A stretch of 63,480 nucleotides of DNA, filler included, from Saprolegnia diclina VS20 (taxonomy: Eukaryota): the NCBI RefSeq assembly GCF_000281045.1. It is 7 parts of 2 records of this genome, joined end to end, with 100 filler letters (N's around TTAATTAATTAA, not from the genome) between each part and the next. Parts side by side here need not be neighbours in the genome. Positions count along the whole stretch, not along the records: positions 47,619 to 63,480 come from NW_008246158.1; 6 more parts are not named here. The stretch is one strand, 5' to 3'. Made by a program: the position numbers and the translations under genes. The notes beneath the pieces are model-generated. The model was not told the DNA's origin, ran no database searches, and saw only the letters and a program-made list of their open reading frames with translations. Each line of letters starts with the position of its first letter. Position 1 is the stretch's first letter. Of this stretch, positions 59,218 through 63,480 are shown piece after piece.

Positions 59218-60751
59218 ATGGCAGCCAAGCGGGCTTGCCATGCGCCTTCGGACGCCTTGGCCTTGGACCACGTCCGCGTCGGAGTCATCCATTGCTTGGG
59301 CTCGCTTCTTGACGCTGTCGCCTTTCTGCGCGCCATGCCGTCGCTTGATGGGCCACTGGCAGCGCTCCTGGAGCTCTTGACGACGTCGTCGACGGTCATG
59401 AAGCAGTGGCCGGTCATCGTCTTCGACCTTGTCGGCGCAGAGGACATGGACCTCGCCTTGGCCGCTCTGCCAGCGCTGCCAGCAATCCATGTTTCCCTCT
59501 GCGAGACGCTTCAGGGCGCACTCGCTGGTCGTTACGACAGCCTTAGCGCGTTCACGGCAGCTTGGCCGACCAAGATCACGCATCTGGACCAATGCGTCAA
59601 CCGCGACTGTTGCGGGTTCTGCCCGTGATCCGAGAAAGCACGTGCTTGCAGCTCTGCTTGCAGTTCAAGTTGAAGCTCAACGACACCACCCACGGTGTGC
59701 AGCAGAAGCGAGTCTCAACAGCGACGACGCGACGGCCGTCTCCAGCTGGACTTTGCACTGCACGCACCTTGACTTCATGCATTTTGATGTCGCCGCCTTT
59801 GCGACGGTGCTGCCCTTTCTACCGCCGAGTCTTCGCCATGTAATGTTCGTTGACAGCAACGACGACGGTGACATCCTTGTCGAATCCAACCTCGCACCGT
59901 CTTTGCAGCAATGGCTTGGGAATGGTCGTCTCAAGAAACACATCAACTTTTCATGTAAGCTCGCCAAGGACGATGCGGCGGCAGTCGCCGACGTGCTGGC
60001 ATCGGCTCTCTCCGTGACGACGCTCGAGATGACTTCGTCGCACGAGCTCGTCAAAGCGCTCATTGCCAGCACCAAGCCGCTGTCGCATGTGACGAGATTT
60101 GGCGTTCGACGGGTGCCAACCAACGATGCCAAGCTGCTTGTCGCGCGGTTGAGTCTCCATCATCTGACGCGGCTCAAGGTTGAGGCGAGCGTTAAAGACC
60201 TGACCTGGGTCCTACATTTGCTGCCGTCGATGCCTCACCTCCAAGAACTCTTGCTCGGTTTCGGTATGCTTCATGAGGCGCCAGACACGCTTGGCGCATC
60301 GCGTCTGCGCAAGCTAGCGCTCAATCATGTCCAGCTCTCGGACAAGGCATTCAACGCGCTTTTGAAGTGGACCTCAGGCTTGCAGCAGCTGCAAGCGGCC
60401 GTCTTCCGCGGCCTCTCTCTGAATGGCAAGTGGTTCTCGCTGCAACAGATGATGCGGCATCATTGGCTCGTCACAGCCGGCTCCTGTGCATTGATCCAGG
60501 ACGGACAGGCGCTGGTGTCGCCACCGTCGCTCCAGGGGCTCGCGATCCATCCTGACACGGTCGAGGCCCTCGTCCGAGCGCTATCTCGCGTTGTTCACAC
60601 CACGGTGGTCCGCCTCGCGACAGACATCAACACCGACACGTACAATGAAGCCGCTCGTCGAGCTTGGATGGACTTTGGCGTCGCCATGCTGCCGCGAGAG
60701 TACAACGAGTACGATCTCGTAGCCCACATCGTCGCTAAAACAATGCGTTGA
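59218..60751 (+). pseudogene. RNI-like LRR paralog disrupted by an insertion
   Basis: Colinear with 57584-59050 once 118 nt at 59608-59725 are removed. Confidence 0.85.
59608..59720. mobile_element. 113-bp solo-LTR-like insertion with 5-bp target site duplication
   Basis: GCGAC|TGTTG...CAACA|GCGAC. Confidence 0.88.
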
Positions 60752-60989
60752 AATCGCACAAATGACATTATTTTTCATCGCTTGCAGATCGAGACAAAGC
60801 TTTCGACACGATGCTCATGATCTTTGCAGTCCACCCGAGAGACAACTCTCATAACCATCCTACCCGCGATGCCCAACGTCGACGATTGGTCTAGAGTCCG
60901 CCGCAGAGCATGCCAACCGTGTCACCAAAGGCGCCGCAGTGTCTGCGTGTGCTCTAGCCTGTGAACGTCAGCTTCTCGGACGCTGCGTT

Positions 60990-61185
60990 CGGCGCCTACT
61001 TCGATGGATGTGCAATTTGCTAGAGCTTCGCACGGTTCACTGCGGCGTGATGCTGCTCCAAGGACAGCACATACCCGTGTACCACTGGGTTAACACCACT
61101 GGAATCAATGACGTGCTCTGTAGCAGCTGCAACGTCGACGACGACGCAGTGAGTTTGCTGACGTCGGTGCTTCTCTGCTGGCACC
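60990..61185 (+). pseudogene. Decayed LRR-family fragment
   Basis: HWVNTTGINDVLCSSCNVDDDAVSLLTSVL resembles HWFNRASVTYVRLERCDLDEDAAADVASAL. Confidence 0.5.
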
Positions 61186-61465
61186 ACTTCGAACCCGAGC
61201 AGAGGTACCATTCATTTTTTGTGCACCGTCTCCGCACAAAACCAGGAAGGAGCAAAATCGACTCGTGGCAAAGCGTTCTGCTGTCTAGTATGTCTTCATC
61301 ATCTCCATGCAAAGCTCCGACGCTGCCAACTTGATAATGTCCTTCCTCTATCCTATCTCTATCCGTTAGCTACATACCCCATCGCTACAGTACAGCGCTC
61401 GACGAGAAGCGAAGACACTTGGCAACGCTGCATACTTGGCGACGCAGGAATACATGGACGTCATG

Positions 61466-62902
61466 TTACAGGACCCGACCAACGCTACAGAAAGTATACT
61501 CGCCATCACCGCTGTCGTCGACCATCAAGCCACGCTGGCGCGCATACGACACGATCTCATCGCGATGCTCCGCGACGATGCTCGCTCGCAGCGTGCTCGT
61601 AGGAAGCGGTGCCAGTGCGTCGAAGAGGCAGCGCACTTCCCGCTGGCCCAGCAAGCCATTTTGCACGAGGTCCAGCGCCAAGGGCGACGTACGAGAGCTG
61701 AGTGCGCTCGCAACGTCAGCCGCCGCGTCCTCGTCAAGGTCGCAGCGCTCCAATCGCACGTACGTGACGCTCGCACGATTGAACCAATGGCACAGCGCTC
61801 GCTGCATCGACGCGCGCGGGCCTTCGCCCAACGTGAAATTACAAAACGAGATGCGCTCCAGACGCGAGAGGCCACACGTCCAGTCCAGAAGCAACGAGAC
61901 ATCCTCGGTCGCCAGCATAAAAGTGTCGAAGGATACGTGGCGGAGGCATTTGTGGGCAGTGGGAGCGGGCAAGAAATCGAGCATGCCATAGCCAAAGCAG
62001 AGCGTCTCGAGGGCCGGCAGCGTTGGCAGCAGCGCGATGAGGAAGCTGAGATTTTCCCCATAATGGACGTCGAGGCGCGTCAAGCGGCGTCCATCGATGA
62101 GCGACAGCAATTTTGCAACCGACAACTCGTCCACACCGTCCAGGCGCAGCTCGGTCACATGCGGCAACGTCATCTTGGCGGCTACAAGTACGTCGACAAG
62201 AGCGACGATGTCCGACCCATCAAGCTCCATACTGCGGAGGTCGAGACACTGGAGCGACGGTGCGGTCGCCAGTGCATTGGCGACGAGCGCATTTTCGAAA
62301 TACCCGACGCAGTCCAGACACAGATGAGTAAGCGTTGCAGTCTGGGGCCACGTGAGCAGCGGTGTCATGTCGACAGCATCCGTGTAGTCGACCGTACTGT
62401 CCCACGGGTCCCGCGCGAGCGTGACCCGACGCACGCTCGGCGGTAGCCAGCGGCGGAGTCTGGCAAACATGCTGATCGAGACGCCAATGTGCGCGAGGCG
62501 TGCGCAGCGTGGCAGCGCCGCTGCGAAAAGGTCAACGTCCCAGTCGCCGTCGTCGTCGTTGGAGACTTGAATCGACGTGATCGGCCATGCTGTCAGAAAG
62601 GCGACGAGCTCGCGACGGCCCACGATCGGGAGGTCGCGGAAGCGCCGGATGACAATAGACGGCAGCACCGGCAGCGCCAATAGCGCCAACGGACGGTAGC
62701 GCAGCGCAACGTCCTCGAGGCAGACAACCGGCCACTGCTCGAGAAAGGCCGCAGGCGACTGCAGAAGCGTTAGGAGGGCTGCCAGTGGCCCACTCCGCAT
62801 GTTTGCTGGCAGCGCTACGAGCAAGGCGCGGACGTCGTACGGCGATGCCACGTAGGGCACGATCGCGGTTGCCGCAAGGACGACAACGTCGGCGACAGCC
62901 AT
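61466..62902 (-). CDS. RNI-like LRR paralog (intact)
   Basis: MAVADV..., PLAALLTLL...WPVVCLE...LALLALPVLPSI, LRR repeats. Confidence 0.8.
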   Translation of the reverse strand: MAVADVVVLAATAIVPYVASPYDVRALLVALPANMRSGPLAALLTLLQSPAAFLEQWPVVCLEDVALRYRPLALLALPVLPSIVIRRFRDLPIVGRRELVAFLTAWPITSIQVSNDDDGDWDVDLFAAALPRCARLAHIGVSISMFARLRRWLPPSVRRVTLARDPWDSTVDYTDAVDMTPLLTWPQTATLTHLCLDCVGYFENALVANALATAPSLQCLDLRSMELDGSDIVALVDVLVAAKMTLPHVTELRLDGVDELSVAKLLSLIDGRRLTRLDVHYGENLSFLIALLPTLPALETLCFGYGMLDFLPAPTAHKCLRHVSFDTFMLATEDVSLLLDWTCGLSRLERISFCNFTLGEGPRASMQRALCHWFNRASVTYVRLERCDLDEDAAADVASALSSRTSPLALDLVQNGLLGQREVRCLFDALAPLPTSTLRASIVAEHRDEIVSYARQRGLMVDDSGDGEYTFCSVGRVL

Positions 62903-63078
62903 CGTCAATTTGTGATGATATGCGGAGGCATCCGGATAATTGCACTGCTTCAATTGCCGGCTATTGGCTTTTCACAGTTTTCGGTAGTTGAGTTTTCAGG
63001 TGTATGTACAGTATATGCAAACTCATGTTTAACGTGTGCATGGGTCAATAAAAAAGCCCATGCGTGTATTCGTATGTT

Positions 63079-63480
63079 TTAGTTCGTGGGGCTATGGAGA
63101 CCGTACTCCGTAGCCGATCGATGCGTCATTCGAACGCCGTATCTCGCTTCAGCTTGGCGCGTCACGTCCTCGAGCTTTTCTGCGCAAAAGTCGATCGACA
63201 CCTCGACCGTGGTGTTGACCAAGTGCGAGACGGCGCGAGCGAGTGCCCAGAACATGATCTCGTCGACAGTGTTGGGCTTTGGCGTCGACGTATCTTGCAA
63301 TACCCCGCATGGCCTCCCGTTGAGAGCGGTGCTCAAGAAGCTTGTGCGGAGGGTCCAATGGCGCGCGGCTATCTGTCGCAGTGATAGCGACTGGCCGTAC
63401 ACGAAAATGTCGTAGACAGTGACAGAGTGGAGCCGGTGCAAGCCAAAGAGCCACCGCAGAAATGCGTCCAGCGCTTCGCT
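63079..63480 (-). CDS. 3' end of another LRR paralog, cut by the window edge
   Basis: ALARAVSHLVNTTV...EYGLHSP matches ALVRALSHVINTTL...EYDLCSP. Confidence 0.75.
   Translation of the reverse strand, partial: SEALDAFLRWLFGLHRLHSVTVYDIFVYGQSLSLRQIAARHWTLRTSFLSTALNGRPCGVLQDTSTPKPNTVDEIMFWALARAVSHLVNTTVEVSIDFCAEKLEDVTRQAEARYGVRMTHRSATEYGLHSPTN

Overview
Eukaryotic, GC-rich genomic DNA with short (~45-60 nt) GT-AG introns. The gene families, an oomycete-type initiator motif and an AA17-type LPMO point to an oomycete, probably Saprolegniales (inference). The assembly is gappy and has six artificial N-TTAATTAATTAA-N linkers, so adjacency across gaps is unreliable. Contents: (1) pieces of Ty3/gypsy element(s) (PR-RT-RNaseH, gag start, PBS, 324-bp LTR); (2) a TKL kinase-ankyrin-zinc ribbon gene; (3) four near-full copies plus a fragment of a ~660-aa 2OG-Fe(II) oxygenase-fold family that lacks the iron ligands and shares an 11-bp upstream motif; (4) two ankyrin genes that start with a 6-nt Met-Gly exon and carry one repeat per phase-0 exon; (5) a U2 snRNA gene with two decayed 5' copies; (6) relics of GCN1, DLST and a kinase; (7) several copies of a large two-module transmembrane family, one with an internal inversion; (8) an ankyrin-TRP-like channel; (9) a secreted AA17-like LPMO fused to four PAN/Apple domains; (10) six RNI-like LRR paralogs, one broken by a 113-bp TGTTG...CAACA insertion with a 5-bp target duplication. 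Family assignments come from motif recognition by eye; no searches were run.
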